A DNA stretch of 62,708 nt, counting the filler, from Rhabdomonas costata (Eukaryota): the NCBI GenBank assembly GCA_019059605.1. It is 23 parts of 23 records of this genome, joined end to end, with 100 filler letters (N's around TTAATTAATTAA, not from the genome) between each part and the next. Parts side by side here need not be neighbours in the genome. Positions count along the whole stretch, not along the records: positions 10,887 to 13,503 come from JAHMHO010002602.1; positions 13,604 to 16,222 come from JAHMHO010002603.1; positions 16,323 to 18,939 come from JAHMHO010002604.1; positions 19,040 to 21,656 come from JAHMHO010002605.1; positions 21,757 to 24,373 come from JAHMHO010002606.1; positions 24,474 to 27,090 come from JAHMHO010002607.1; 17 more parts are not named here. One strand, 5' to 3'. The position numbers and the translations under genes were made by a program. Under the pieces are notes generated by a model. It did not search any database and was not told the origin of the DNA. It saw nothing but the letters and a program-made list of their open reading frames with translations. Shown here in pieces: positions 12,178 through 24,792 of this stretch. Numbering within the stretch: the first letter of the stretch is position 1; every line of letters starts with the position of its first letter.

Positions 12178-12787
12178 CTGGGTTATTCAGCGTTGTTGTG
12201 ACCCTGGAGAGGACGATGCGAATCCCTTCATTCCTTGCATTATTGTTTGTTTGTTTGTTTTTTGCGTTTTTGCGCCTTTTTGAGTGGCATGTTCCCACCC
12301 CCGATCAGCCCTCTCTTCAACCGGCCAGCTTGAGCAAAACTCTGGTCTGTTGAATGCCGTTTTCGGTTTTGCCTCACCAATCCGCTGGCGAACTATTCCT
12401 CATGGTTCTTCATGCCCAGCGGGATCTCTCGCTATGTCAATGAGAAGAGTTTCGTCCACCTTTTTTTCCCGGAAGGCAGGCCTGTCTTTACAGATGTGAA
12501 GGGTAAATCAGGTTGTGTGTTTTTAGGAAGTGAGTTAGAGTTCATTTATTATTCTCTGCAAGGCACTCTCTGAGCCAGTTTGCATTCCTCCGCATGTTTT
12601 CCAAAGCCCCTTCCATGCTCACACTGTCCTCGCTTTTGCCCTCCCCGTGGCCGTCTCCGCGGCAGCTCCACGCCCTCCTGTCGTTTCATTTCCTGGCGAA
12701 AGGCTCTCATAAGACCATCTCCCATCTCTAGTGGCGGCAACTCTCGTTGTTCTTCCGTGGGGAAAGGCGTGAGCCGTGTGAACTGGA

Positions 12788-13019
12788 ATGCCGCTGCCGT
12801 CTACCGTCCAGAGGAGCAGCTCCACTGGGGCTGCACGAGTCACCCGCAGGTCGTCCTCTCGAGTGACGCTGCAGGTGTCTCCGCCGCCCGACCCGACGCC
12901 CCCGGCATCCTCAGAGGATCCGTCCGCCGTGGACCAGACTCTGGAGAGCCTGAAGGAGTGCAGCGCAAAGGCCGCGGCCGCGCTGGCCAAGGCTTGCGCC
13001 GAGGTGTGCTCGGAGCACG
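12788..13019 (+). CDS. Putative first exon of an unknown protein
   Basis: ATG-initiated, GC3-rich frame MPLPSTVQRS...ESLKECSAKAAAALAKACAEVCSEH followed by a GT donor. Confidence 0.45.
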
Positions 13020-13603
13020 GTGGTCACAATTTATGAACTGTCCTCTCCTTTCCAAAAAAAACATAACTGGCTGCGCATATATCCCTCCCTCCATAGACAA
13101 AGACCGCCCTTAATTAACTGCTGTTCCCGCAGCGCATCACTTGTTCTTTTTTGGGAAGCCGTTATGTTTGATTACATTTTGTGTCGTACCTTTTCGTGTC
13201 TTTTCAACAAAAAGAACGCATGGCCAGAGCGTTCAGAGACCAATGGTCCGAACATGTCCGAACACCGCTAAAGTGCTCCAGGCTTCTGGCTGAGAAAAAG
13301 CCCCCACCACCAAACTGAGGAGAAGGTCTAGCTGGGAACCAGCTGCACCAAGCAAGAAATACGCAAGAGATAGGCGCACTCACCGGAAGCAACGCACCGC
13401 ACCCTCACACAATTATGCATACTTTTTATGTGCAATGCACCAATCCAGGTGTGGAAAAGCTAGGTCGCTTGGTGTACTTTAGCACTCTTGAGAGAGAGAG
13501 AGANNNNNNNNNNNNNNNNNNNNNNNNNNNNNNNNNNNNNNNNNNNNTTAATTAATTAANNNNNNNNNNNNNNNNNNNNNNNNNNNNNNNNNNNNNNNNN
13601 NNN

Positions 13604-13908
13604 GGACCTTCTGGTTGACATTCCGCTGCGTGGCTTCACTGCTCTGCCATCGCTTGGAGGTGCGCTATCCTCTGCTGGTGGATTGACTTGCACGTTCAAT
13701 CCTTTGGAGCCATATGCGTGAAGTAGACGAATCCAGAGCTGCTCAATCTAAAGAGCTCTGCGGCGAAATTCCACATTGTACTGATTGGTGTTGTGACGCC
13801 TGCAGCAGAGGCAAGGACGTTGGTGCGGAATCTGCACCAGGCGAAGTTAATTGTCTGGCCCACGTACACTTTCCTGTCCGTGATGAATACCAAAGCGTAG
13901 ATCACCCC
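13604..13908 (-). mobile_element. Decayed GIY-YIG endonuclease, probably from a Penelope-like retroelement
   Basis: GVIYALVFITDRKVYVGQTINFAWCRFR, then after a frameshift EFRRRAL*IEQLWIRLLHAYGSKGLN. Both the N-terminal GIY/YIG motifs and the C-terminal E..WI...GLN motif are present. Confidence 0.8.
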
Positions 13909-16382
13909 ATCTCGACAGAGCCCAGAGGTTGTTGTCGAGCGTGTCGGACTGGAACTTACCTCCGTGCATCCTCTTCCACTCATCTGCTCGAGAGTGGACC
14001 TGCTTGATAAGCGAAGCGGGAGTCCTGCCCTCGTACAATCTCAGCTGCAAGTCGCTGGACCGTTGCCACTGGTCCGGGGTAGGTTTGGTGGTGAGCTGCT
14101 TGGCTTTTTGATATCGCTGGGTACTCTGCATTTTCTTCCCTCGAGATTGAGCTTGTAGGGTGTGGAAGTGTCTTATCGTGCGCTTGGGCGTGGTGGGGTG
14201 GGGTGGAGGTCGGCTTCTGGGAAGAGTGGTTCGAAATCGGTCCGCCCAGCTTCCTGTAGGGCCTCAATTGTTGGGAGAAGCTAGCTCCATTATTGTTCCT
14301 TTGCCAACGTGGGGTTGGCTTTGCGTCCTAGGGGGTGCTGGTGCATGGGCATGTGAGCAGATAGTTGTAGCGGTTGAATAGCTTTGGTTGAACGGATGAG
14401 GCATCAGTATCCCGATACCGTTGGTGCGCATTTCGGAGCTGACGTGGCGCGGATGTACTCGACACGGCTGACAAGTACAGCGCGGTGGGTTCACCCATTT
14501 GGAACCCAAGCTCGCCAGACTAACCCGCACACCTCCTTGGGGGAGGCTGCTTTTCAACTCCTTTCCGTGTCATGTCAAGAGGATTGGCCCTGTCAGGGGG
14601 TTTGCACCAAAGGTTTTGAGAATGAGGCACGGCCAGAAAGGATAGATTGGTTCGCTCCCGGCAATGGGTGTGGTGTCTCTCTCTCTCGATCTCTCGCTCG
14701 ATTTCTTTCGGCAGGATGAACAACAACAAGTCTGTGTTCGGGCCAAGAAAGCACCGAGGAAACTAAAAGGCAAAGGAATTCCCTCCCAATCCTCGGCCCT
14801 CGTTTCCGGCCCGCGCCAACCACCCGGAAAGATCTCTCAAGCATTCTGTCTAAAGAGGGGATGTTTCCGTTTTTCTCTCGGTTCCCAGTTCTCTCTCCGA
14901 TTCTTCCCGGTGGACCGGGTTTTCGCGTGGAGGCACATCTTGTTGCACCTTTCCCTCTCCCATCGTAATTGCCGCTCCACAGGTCCTACTGGGTTGATGT
15001 CGATGGGGCACCCACCGCTGGAAAGCAAGGATGGAGTATTGGACCACGAGCGGCACCATTACCAAAGGAATGATTCGAAGATGACTGTTTGTTTTTTGGC
15101 TTTCCGTAGGGTCCTTTGGGACGCGGTAGCCCGGCCAAGCGGCTGGAAGAGAAGGCGCGCTAGGCAGCACTGGAAAAGGAGGCAAAATGCAAAAGGCCCG
15201 GGCTGTAGAAACGTACGGGGTCTAAAAAAGTGTAAACTGGGAACCGTGGCCGCCACACTCTCCCAGGAGTTTTTCGTAATGAACGGTTGTGCAAGGCCGC
15301 TGACGCTTCATTGTGTAGTGTTTCGTTTTGGTTAAGGTTTTGCTGGTTTCCGGGTCTCCTCGGTCGGAAGTTTCGGGTTGTTTGCTCGGTGTGGTGCGCC
15401 GTGTCGAACTCTTTTTCTGTGGTGGTTGCTCTTTCGTCTCACTGGAAACAAAGAGCAAAATGTGACGTCTTCAGTAGAAACAAAACCGGCACATTGACGA
15501 CAGCAGCAAAAGCGTGTCATGAACAGTTAGTTTCTTTCCCCCTGTCCACATACAATAACTGTACAATACGGTCATCCATTTCCCCGCCAGTACAGTATCC
15601 TGCTCACATCCACCGCATCAATGCCGGGGCTCTAAACATTCACTGTAACGCCGTCGCCGCTGCCAATGGCTGAGCGTTAGCACCGCTTGTGTGCATCTCA
15701 TATCCAAATGATGCCTCAGTCCTTTGTGCATTCCCATGAAGCATCTTTCTTACCCATTGGCTTCTGCCCACACAAAACCCCTTTTAGATCAGATCGTGCC
15801 TGCCACCAGTTCCTCCAGAAATTCTATCGATTTCGCTTACATCTTTCCCATTCACCCCTTTTCCCATGAAATCCTCTTTCCTGTTGTGCCCCATGACAAT
15901 TCCCATTCTCCTTCACTCCAGTCTAATTTTATGGCCGATTCTATCTACATATATTCTTCCCTCATCCATCTTGTGGGTCAAATCATGGCTGGACAACCCA
16001 CTACTTTTGGAACAACACAGTTCTTTTGACAGGCTGTTTCTTTTCCTCACACTCGTGTGTCTGCGCAGTGACCGCAACCCGCACCTTGGTTCGAATCCCC
16101 TTGCGTTACATTGCGCGTTTCATCCCCTCATCCCATCTTCGCCCCTGTTTTGTGCAGTATTGCGTGTTTTGCCCAGACTGACTTTAGGTTTATTAAAAAC
16201 GCAAGTATACCGCTGAAATTTGNNNNNNNNNNNNNNNNNNNNNNNNNNNNNNNNNNNNNNNNNNNNTTAATTAATTAANNNNNNNNNNNNNNNNNNNNNN
16301 NNNNNNNNNNNNNNNNNNNNNNGTGTTGGGTGTGGGTGGTGGTGGTGGTTGGGAAGACGTGACCTTAACCGTGTTGTTGCAG

Positions 16383-17416
16383 GCGATCAACATTGTTTCG
16401 TGGGCATGCGGATCGCTCACGGTCACCTTCACTGTGCTAGGCAGCAGCCCTGCCCTAATCGCTGCGGCGACACAGGCAATTGTTGTGGCGGCTGCTCCCG
16501 GGGGGACTCTGCGCCGGCTCCTGGGGATCACCTATGCCGGCGTGGGGCCCCTCCCCTCGTCCAACTACCCGCTGTCGTATTTCTATCCGGGCTGCTACTA
16601 CAACGGATACTACCGCTGCTGCGGGGTTACGCCATCGATTCCGTCCTCGTACGTCGTTGTCCCCCGCCCGTCCACAATTATGCGGTTGTGTCAGAGGTTA
16701 GGCCTGTTCTTTCACAACTTTTCCGGGCGAGAGTCCCTTTGACCTCCTGTATTCAGCCAAGACGAACAGGACTGGATCTCACTTCTGGAATGAATAGCAG
16801 TCATGCATGAGGCAGGTTTGTGGGCAACGCATCCTGGTTTGTAATCTCACTTCTGGGGGAAAAAGGTGATATGTCCCTTCAGTGAACATCAGTGTTCTGG
16901 ACCGAATCATGAGGAACCGTTTCCGTACTTGAGAAACATCGCGCTAATGCTAGGCTGGCAATTAATGCCTCGATATGTTCACACTTGAGGAAGGCACCAT
17001 TGAGGAAGGCACGCTGGGGATTTTAGGTGTTCCAAGTACGGTATTTAGGAATTTGTGCAAGTGGCATGTGTCATTCAGCTGTGAGCAGCGTAATGCTGGG
17101 GCGTACTGCCTCTCACGCTTTCAGGAGCAGCAACCCCGCGTTACTGGCGCTGCTGACTTTGCTGGTGATCCCTTTGGCGGTGGTTGTGGGGCTGCTGGTG
17201 TGGTGGTGGATGCGCAGGAAGTCCAACTGCGGTGGCCTGCCCGCCGAAAAGCTTCACTCCAGCAGGAAGGGGGCCTCCTCCTGCCCGCCGGCCTTTGCAG
17301 CAGCCCCCACATCGATGCCCTGGCCCTTCGGGGGCTACGCCATGCCGGCCGTCTACGCGATGGAAACTCCTCCCACCACACCCATGGGGTCCCTCACACC
17401 TCTGGCATTCCAGTAA
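16383..17416 (+). CDS. Single-pass type I surface protein, 3' end (SEA-like segment, TM helix, Pro-rich tail)
   Basis: Exons 16383-16648 and 17125-17416 splice in phase: GSLTVTFTV...PSIPSSSSNPALLALLTLLVIPLAVVVGLLVWWWMRRK...LAFQ*. Confidence 0.8.
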
Positions 17417-18480
17417 GCGGACCGATTGTTAGTGCCAAGGGGGTGTTAAATATTTTTTGGGTTTTCTTTCGTCATCTTTTCTTCCCTATGACATTGTATG
17501 CGGGAGTCTCCCGCTCCGAGTGGTGCTCATCTGATGTGTGGATGTCGATTTTGTGGTATTGCTTTGTTGGCAGTCTTGGACTTGTGAAATTCTTTTGACG
17601 AATGACAACCCAAGATTCTTTCTCGCCCTTCTAACTGCTTAACTCTTCCCTCCCGAGCTCTTTCTTCTGTTGGATTTCTTCTTGATCTTTTTGAATGGGC
17701 TTTCTTTTGAGCATATGTATGACTATCGCGGGCGTATCTTGTTTGGCGTTATGTATAAACTGCACAGTTGGTGCTGTGCTTTTGCTCATCTCCTGATCTT
17801 TGAGAGATTGTTGTTGTACGCTATGCATTTCGTTTTACGGGTCAGTTGAATTGAAAAATGGCCGAAGGTAACCTGGCACGCTTACCTTCACCACGGCATG
17901 CAATTTCTTTGTTGTGTGTTTAAGAAGAACTGTGGTGTTCGGTAATCTATTTATCAAATCGTTTTGTCTCTTACTGCTGCTGTATTTGTGATCATTATTT
18001 TTTTTTACGTTTTGGACCAACCTGCATGCCCTGGTGAGCTTCGGATGCCAACCATTGTTTTTCGCGGCAAAACTTGTTCAAATCCCTCGAGCAGACAAGA
18101 GAGGCCGAAAATGTCCCACATATACCTGGACTTGGGTTTGAGCATCTTTTCCTTGATAAACAGCGATTATTGTCGCTACGCGTTGCCGGGTCGCTTTGGC
18201 GGATTTGGCTCTGTTCTGAAACCTATGTTCATCTCTTTCGCCAGAAACCTGGAGAACCCTTGTCAGCTCATGGCCCACTTCGTCGTATCCCATTAGCAGT
18301 CAACCATGGGATTGTGACAGCCGCCTTGACCCTCCAAAAAGAAATCACCGCCAGGCGGCTGGAATCACATGCTCTTTCAAGGCAGTAAATCCTATTCTGA
18401 ATTTTGCTTCGTATCTTGCTGTCTGTTTCTGGTGGATCTTCTCCTTTGCCACCTTGCAGAAGTTTCCCAGTCCAAGAGAA

Positions 18481-18939
18481 ATGCGCTTCCTTCCCCCCAT
18501 TTCCGGGCTCCATCTCGCCGAGGTGTTGCTCACGGCAGCGCTTTTTGCCTTCGTGACATTCGACTTGGGTGACTTCTCCGTCAGCTCACAGACCGCAGGT
18601 GGGTTGCTGTCCTTTCCGGTGACCTCGTTCGCTGGGGTTTCCACACCAAAGCTTGCCACCGTTCGGCTGAGTACTGCGGTCACCGGGATCACCTCGGGAA
18701 ATACCTTCGCTTTGTGCGGCAACACGGTCGCCCCCGCCAATCCCTGGGTCCTGGGCACCCCCACCGCTGGGCAGGCCCTAGTTTTTTTGCTGGGCGGCGG
18801 GTGCACCCCGAACCCGTTGGTGGTGCCAGCTAACGGCTCCTCGAGCAACGGGATCAGCGTGCAGGCGGGAAGCTGGCTGTCTTTTCAGAGCATTCAGTTC
18901 ACCGGAACCAACGCTGGAGCGACGTCAGGGGTTCTGTGG
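18481..18939 (+). CDS. Putative secreted/surface protein, 5' end
   Basis: ATG followed by a hydrophobic N-terminal segment, then a Gly/Ser/Thr-rich frame open to the contig end. Confidence 0.6.
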
Positions 18940-19051
18940 NNNNNNNNNNNNNNNNNNNNNNNNNNNNNNNNNNNNNNNNNNNNTTAATTAATTAANNNNN
19001 NNNNNNNNNNNNNNNNNNNNNNNNNNNNNNNNNNNNNNNGGTTGTGGGTCT

Positions 19052-20760
19052 CAGTATTTTATCATGGGAGTTGGGAAACGAACAAGTGTGACGGGAAAAT
19101 AAATCAAAAGGGAAAGGAACAGTGAAGAGAATGTTAAGCTTAGCGAAGTAAAGGGGAAAGAACGCAAAGAAGGGAAGGGTTTCGCTTTGTTGTAGTCTTT
19201 TTGGTGATGGGGGAGGGGGCGAGGGGTCAAACAGTATAACGCCGTAGTGGCGCTGATTATGCTGGTGTTGTTCGGTTTTACAGCGTTGGGCTCAAAGCTC
19301 GGTGAAGGAAGAAACCAAAACAACAGGGCCGGTCTTCCCAGACACCAGTGTACATTCACTGACGTGAAACGCCACGAAAGAACCCCCCCGTCGAGTACGC
19401 TGCACACTGTTCTTCGCCCGGTGTCACGTCGCCCCTTCTTACCGGGTGGTGTTCTTTGGTGTCTTGTGAAGTTTAGCAGTCCTGTCGTGTTCGTGTTCCA
19501 ACGCTTTCCCAGGTAGTCTTCTCTCTCTCTCTCTCTCTCTCGACGAACACTCCAGTTAGTTTCTTCCCGCTGAACCCTTGCCCAGACAGACGCACCTTCC
19601 CACCTGCTTTTTCTGCTCTGAAGAGGTCGAGGAAAGACAACAGAAAGAGAAAACTCCAACGAAAGCGGAACCTCAGCCCCGAAATCTACGCCCCTGCAAC
19701 CAACACACCACTACCAGCAATACACCAGTCAGCAACCAACCACTCAACTCACGAAACCAAGGCCCCAGAAACGCCAGCACACCCCCTCCTCACCTTTCGC
19801 CACAAAACCAGCCGTTGAACGACCCTTCTGCACCATCAACCCACCCGTAACCAAGGCCCCAAAACACCACCACCACCTCAACCCACCCAACACTCCCACT
19901 CTAAGCGCACACCACCACAGCCAACCTCGGACCTCAACCCAACCAGCCCCATCCAACCAACAGCCCAACCTCCAACTCACCAAACCAATCGCAACACCAG
20001 ACAAAAAGAAAACAAAACGCTAACTGAAGTGTGTTAGGTCTTGGTTATATGAAACGAGGTGAGCAGTTACGCACTGGGTTACTTAACTGTTTCCTATAAA
20101 AATGGTGCTCGACACACTTTGGTTCACTTTGATTCATGATCGAGAACTAAAAGTATGCAAGCAAAGGTTCCTGTTCCTTTGATCCATATCAAAAACCTTT
20201 TGCTTTTTTAAAAAAAACAATGAGTTTATACTAGTTGTTCTTTTTCTATTGTTTTGAAACAAGTTACTAAAAGCAGTGAGCCCTTTGAAGGTGGAAACTC
20301 GGCAGGGGCGACCTAGGAATGACACAGGCCTCCACCCCGAGACACGCCGTGTCTTTCTTTCTCTGTATTTTCTCAGCAACACTCAATGTGAGCGTGTCCT
20401 GGGGCTCCCATTCACGTGTGGGCCTGGTGTCTGTTTGGTTTCCCAAGCTGAAGAGATCTGCCTTCCCAGCCTTCCTATCATGGAGTTTCCCGGTCCCTAA
20501 GACCAGAAAACGGCAGGAGCAAGAAAACACGACAACAGGTCCTTTCCCGTTCAAAGGGATTTTCCACTCAGTAATTTATCATGGGAGAAGGACAGGTGTG
20601 ACGGGAATTTAAAGACAAAAGAGAAAGGAGCAGTGAAGATAATGTTAAGATGAGCGAAATAAAGGGGGAAGAACGCCTAGAGAAGGGAAGTGTTTTGCTT
20701 TGTTTTGGTCTTTTTGGTGACGGGGGAGGCCTCCCCAGTCGAGCACGCTGCACACTGTTC
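19052..20760 (+). repeat. Diverged direct repeat pair (about 19052-19410 and about 20569-20760)
   Basis: Both copies share CAGTA..TTATCATGGGAG...GTGTGACGGGAA...GTCTTTTTGGTGAYGGGGGAGG and GTCGAGYACGCTGCACACTGTTC. Copy 1 has about 160 extra nt between these blocks. Confidence 0.8.
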
Positions 20761-20932
20761 GGCTGTTTCCCTTGTTTTTAGAAAGCAATGAAGACGGGAA
20801 TGAACATGCACCCTTTATGCAAGCTCTTGCTCCGCGAGGCGGACACAAGTGACACAAAAAGGGCCACAGCCGACAGTGGAAACAAAACACAACAGGGAGG
20901 CTGAGGGGCGAGGTAGGGTGAGGAGCGACAAC

Positions 20933-21142
20933 CGACTTGAGCAATTTTCCCAGCTCTGTCATGTGGTTCTCAAAATCCTCCAAGCTCACCCCAAGGTACC
21001 AGTCATTCATTCCAAACTGAACCGTGGCTAAATGTGGTTCCCGAACCAGGACGTGCCTCCTCACCCTGTCCAGTCCTCCGGCCGCACGATCACCCGGAAT
21101 TCCTGCGTTGATGGCCCAGATTGGCGTCCTTGGGTTTTTCAT
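20933..21142 (-). CDS. SGNH/GDSL hydrolase family protein, internal exon
   Basis: INAGIPGDRAAGGLDRVRRHVLVREPHLATVQFGMND contains SGNH blocks II and III. The exon is bounded by AG and GT. Confidence 0.85.
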
Positions 21143-22059
21143 CTGAAGGGAAAACAAGTATCAAAAACAAGCAAGGAACTTGCTGCTGGCGTCTGGCAAA
21201 GCCCCGTGTGGAGCCTTCAACGTGACAGTTTTTTTCCCAAGAAGCCCTTATACATGGCTGAGAACAGCAAGAAAGCAGCAAGGCAAAGTTTACTACCCAA
21301 TGCAGTGAGCGGGGGGTCGTCCCGCGTATGTTCTTTTTGACCGTATTCGTCGACCGTGCTGAGTTTGAGAGTTGAGTTTGTGGTCCACTTAGTGCTTTTG
21401 CCGACATTTTGCAACCTGACGAAGGGTCACATTATGGCGAGCAGTGAAACCAACATGGGGCTTGAGAACAAGCACCACTTGCGACCTGAATTTGAAAAAG
21501 TTCGAGCTGGAAACAACAACACCTGCAATTTGGCGGCAAATAAGTCGAAGAAGCCCACATCTACCTCCCAACCGGAGGTCAAGGAATCACCCAAACCCAC
21601 AATACGGCAGGGTTGCCTGGACTTAAGATGGCTGAGGAACCTCCCGATCTGCTCCGNNNNNNNNNNNNNNNNNNNNNNNNNNNNNNNNNNNNNNNNNNNN
21701 TTAATTAATTAANNNNNNNNNNNNNNNNNNNNNNNNNNNNNNNNNNNNNNNNNNNNGGGTTTGTGTGGGCGTGTATCACGATCTGTATCTTCTAGCTATA
21801 CCTATGCGTGGGATGGCTGGCGCTGCATCTTATGCCTGACCCAAGTGTGGTGCTGCTGCTGCTGATGGTCATCATGTTGGTTCCTGCCTATATCCTTGTG
21901 TACTGGCTGATTTGTAAGCCCATGAAGCGCATCAGAATCAACCAGTTCTGGAGCTAGTCCTGTGCCCAGCAGCCGTCATGTGGTGCAGGGCAGGTCCCGA
22001 GCTGACGGTGCCAGAGTTTCAGAGGGTTAGCCTGCATCTTCATCTGATGAGCTGAGGGT

Positions 22060-22480
22060 TGTGTGTGATGGTAGTATGTGTATTCATAATGCTGTGTATG
22101 GTGAGCCATGTGTGTCATGGTGATGATTTGGTGCTGAATTTGGTGCTGTATCTGGCGGTGCATGTGGTGATGATATCTTGTTTGTATGTGGTAGTGTCTA
22201 TGTCCCCCCAACATATCTGTTTTGCTGTGCTTTACTTTTGGTATATACAAATATGCGTATGGGGTTCTGTGTGTATGTGATGTTGTATTGCGGTATATGC
22301 GTGTGTATGTGATGGGTGTATTGCGGCATACGCGTGGTGTTTTGTGCTGTGTTGCTTTGGTGTCGTGTTGGGTGATATATGCGTATGTGGTTCTGTGTGT
22401 ATGTGATGGTGTATCTATGTGTGGCGTGTATCATGTGATTTGTATCTTCGTGATATATCTATGCATGGGGATGGCTATCT
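22060..22480. repeat. TG/TA-rich low-complexity region with internal duplications
   Basis: ATATGCGTATGKGGTTCTGTGTGTATGTGATG occurs twice (about 22251 and about 22377) among degenerate TGTG/TATG runs. Confidence 0.8.
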
Positions 22481-24792
22481 TCGCACTAGCGAGCATGCGG
22501 ACCGGAGGAGGCATGCGAGCCTGGTAACCTTTATTTTACCCTGCGGGGCCTTTACGCTATGGGTTCATGCGTAAGAGTGAGTGAGTCCGAGTGGAGTGAG
22601 GAATCACGAACGCAGAGGTCAGTCACTTGTCGGTCGCTGCGCTCCTTCCCACCATCTTACGTTAGGAGCGTAGCAGAGGCATACATGCCGAATCCTAGGG
22701 ACATCTCAGCCTTTTTTATTCCCCGTAACACTTGCATGTCGGCCTCGGCGGCATCCTCTTTGCACATCCCCCCCCCCACACACCCACATTTGGGTAATTA
22801 GCATCTTAGCCAGCGGCATCAGCAGCAGCCCTTAAAAATGAGGCATCAGTGGTAGCAGCTTCACTCAGGACATGCCTCACTTCACGGCACTGCTACGTGA
22901 TGCGGTACATCCTGGGGGCAACCACCTCACTGGGTGCTTCAACCCACCAGGAGTAACATTGGTTGCATTCATTGGTAGAGTTCATGCCATTACCCCACTA
23001 CCACTGCACGCATACCAACATCACTTCTTACTACTATCCTACTGCATACAACTAGGTAGCCCCAGCCCTAGCGCTGATGTGATGCATGCCTTGGATAGCA
23101 GCCTGGGGGTGTTGACCCACATGTCACCGGCTAACCTACTGGACTACTGGATGTTTACTACCTGCGACGTCATCGGTGGGTTAAGGATACCATGCTGATA
23201 CAGGGCAATTTGAGACGAAGCGCTGCACTAACCCAGGATGATGCTGGACTTACTCACCTTCTACATGTGGTGCCATAACCAACTTGAGCCAACACACGAA
23301 CGCATCTCACCCCTGCCAGCTGACACCGCCATGGTCTGAGGCTGTGTCATAACGCTGAAGGTACGCCATGACACCAACGCTGCTCCAAGCTGACCTGCCA
23401 ACCTGCCATTTTCGCCCCAGGTGATACCTAGCTCACTTCGTACTAAGCGTTGCTGCCTTAGATGCGGTCTCACCTCCAGGCCAAGGCCGCTGGGGTCAAG
23501 CAGCAACAGCCTGCGGTACACGCCTGACTTGCCCCAGTGATAATCTGTTCGTCGCAGCGGGTGGACTTGAGTGGGCAGGTGGACCGGACCTCGACCGCTC
23601 ATCCAGGGCCTTGACTCCGAGAATTTTACCCCAGGTCTCCTGTCGGCAACATCACCCCTGATATCCAGATCACAGAGGCTAAGAACCACCACAGCATGTT
23701 TCACCGGGTGACCAGCAGCAGACACCACCAATGCCTTTGAAGTGAGGCACACTCAGCCACTGACAGTGCGTCACATCATGATTGGATGCTAACCCGACCA
23801 TGCACACCCGTTCCACCTGCAGTTACCCTTCCTCCAGCCGCACCAGCCTTGTCTTTAGCGCAACACGTCCTTCAAACCCATGAATGCCATATCCAGCGTC
23901 ACCAGCCTTGTTTAGCGCAACCAATCCCTTGGATCATCATGTCCCACGTGATAAGTTTACTATCATGGCTGTTACCGGCAAGTATACTCCTGTTTCCAGG
24001 TTCCACGGCAAACTCGGCACACTTAGCGTACAATATTACGCTCTCCAGCAGTTGAACTGTGGTGATTGGCAACGCAGGGTCAGTTATGATTTCGGTCTCC
24101 CGGCGTCCCCTTCTCCTGGTAACAAATCCCCTCACCCTACAACTTTTAGTCCCAATACAATACCCGGTACCATCTCATCACCGCCCCCTAGCAAGTACCA
24201 TCTCATCACCGTCAGCAGGTCCGAAAAATCCTGCGCTATGAGCGTTGCAGCCTGTTAGCGGGAGGCCAGATTGTCCGACTTTTGCCCGTGTTGCTTGTGT
24301 TCCAAAAACCAAAGCGAAAATAAAACAGCCACCCCACCCCATCTGTACCCCAAGATGTCAGCCCACCAATCTGNNNNNNNNNNNNNNNNNNNNNNNNNNN
24401 NNNNNNNNNNNNNNNNNTTAATTAATTAANNNNNNNNNNNNNNNNNNNNNNNNNNNNNNNNNNNNNNNNNNNNGGTTTGGTTGAAGCAGAAGCCAACGTT
24501 AACATCAAGGATCAAGCTTGGCCAAGCAACAGCATATGTGTGCGGGACGTACTTGGCAAAGTTGCGAGCATTTGGTTGTGCCGCCATCATTGTACTGGAA
24601 AGATGCGAAAGGGAAGAGGGCCTGAAGGGTCTGACCACAGTTAAGAGGAAGAAGTGAGTTGAACAATGTCGCAACGTAACTTTCGCTGACCTCAGCCAAA
24701 AACAGGGGGGTGAATGGCGGGCAGCCTGCTATATGACCCATGAAAGAGTCAGCGCCCAGAAAAGAAGAGATAACAATACTGCCGAAACGCAC

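Noticed and set aside
15430..15475. Hammerhead-like CTGAAGA...GAAA on the minus strand of the GIY-YIG contig
   Set aside because: Stem II needs an extra base, and no convincing stems I and III or cleavage triplet could be built.
23196..23393. In-frame TGA codons as a sign of stop-codon reassignment
   Set aside because: POLD1 ends in TGA at its expected C-terminus, and the stop frequency here is near random.
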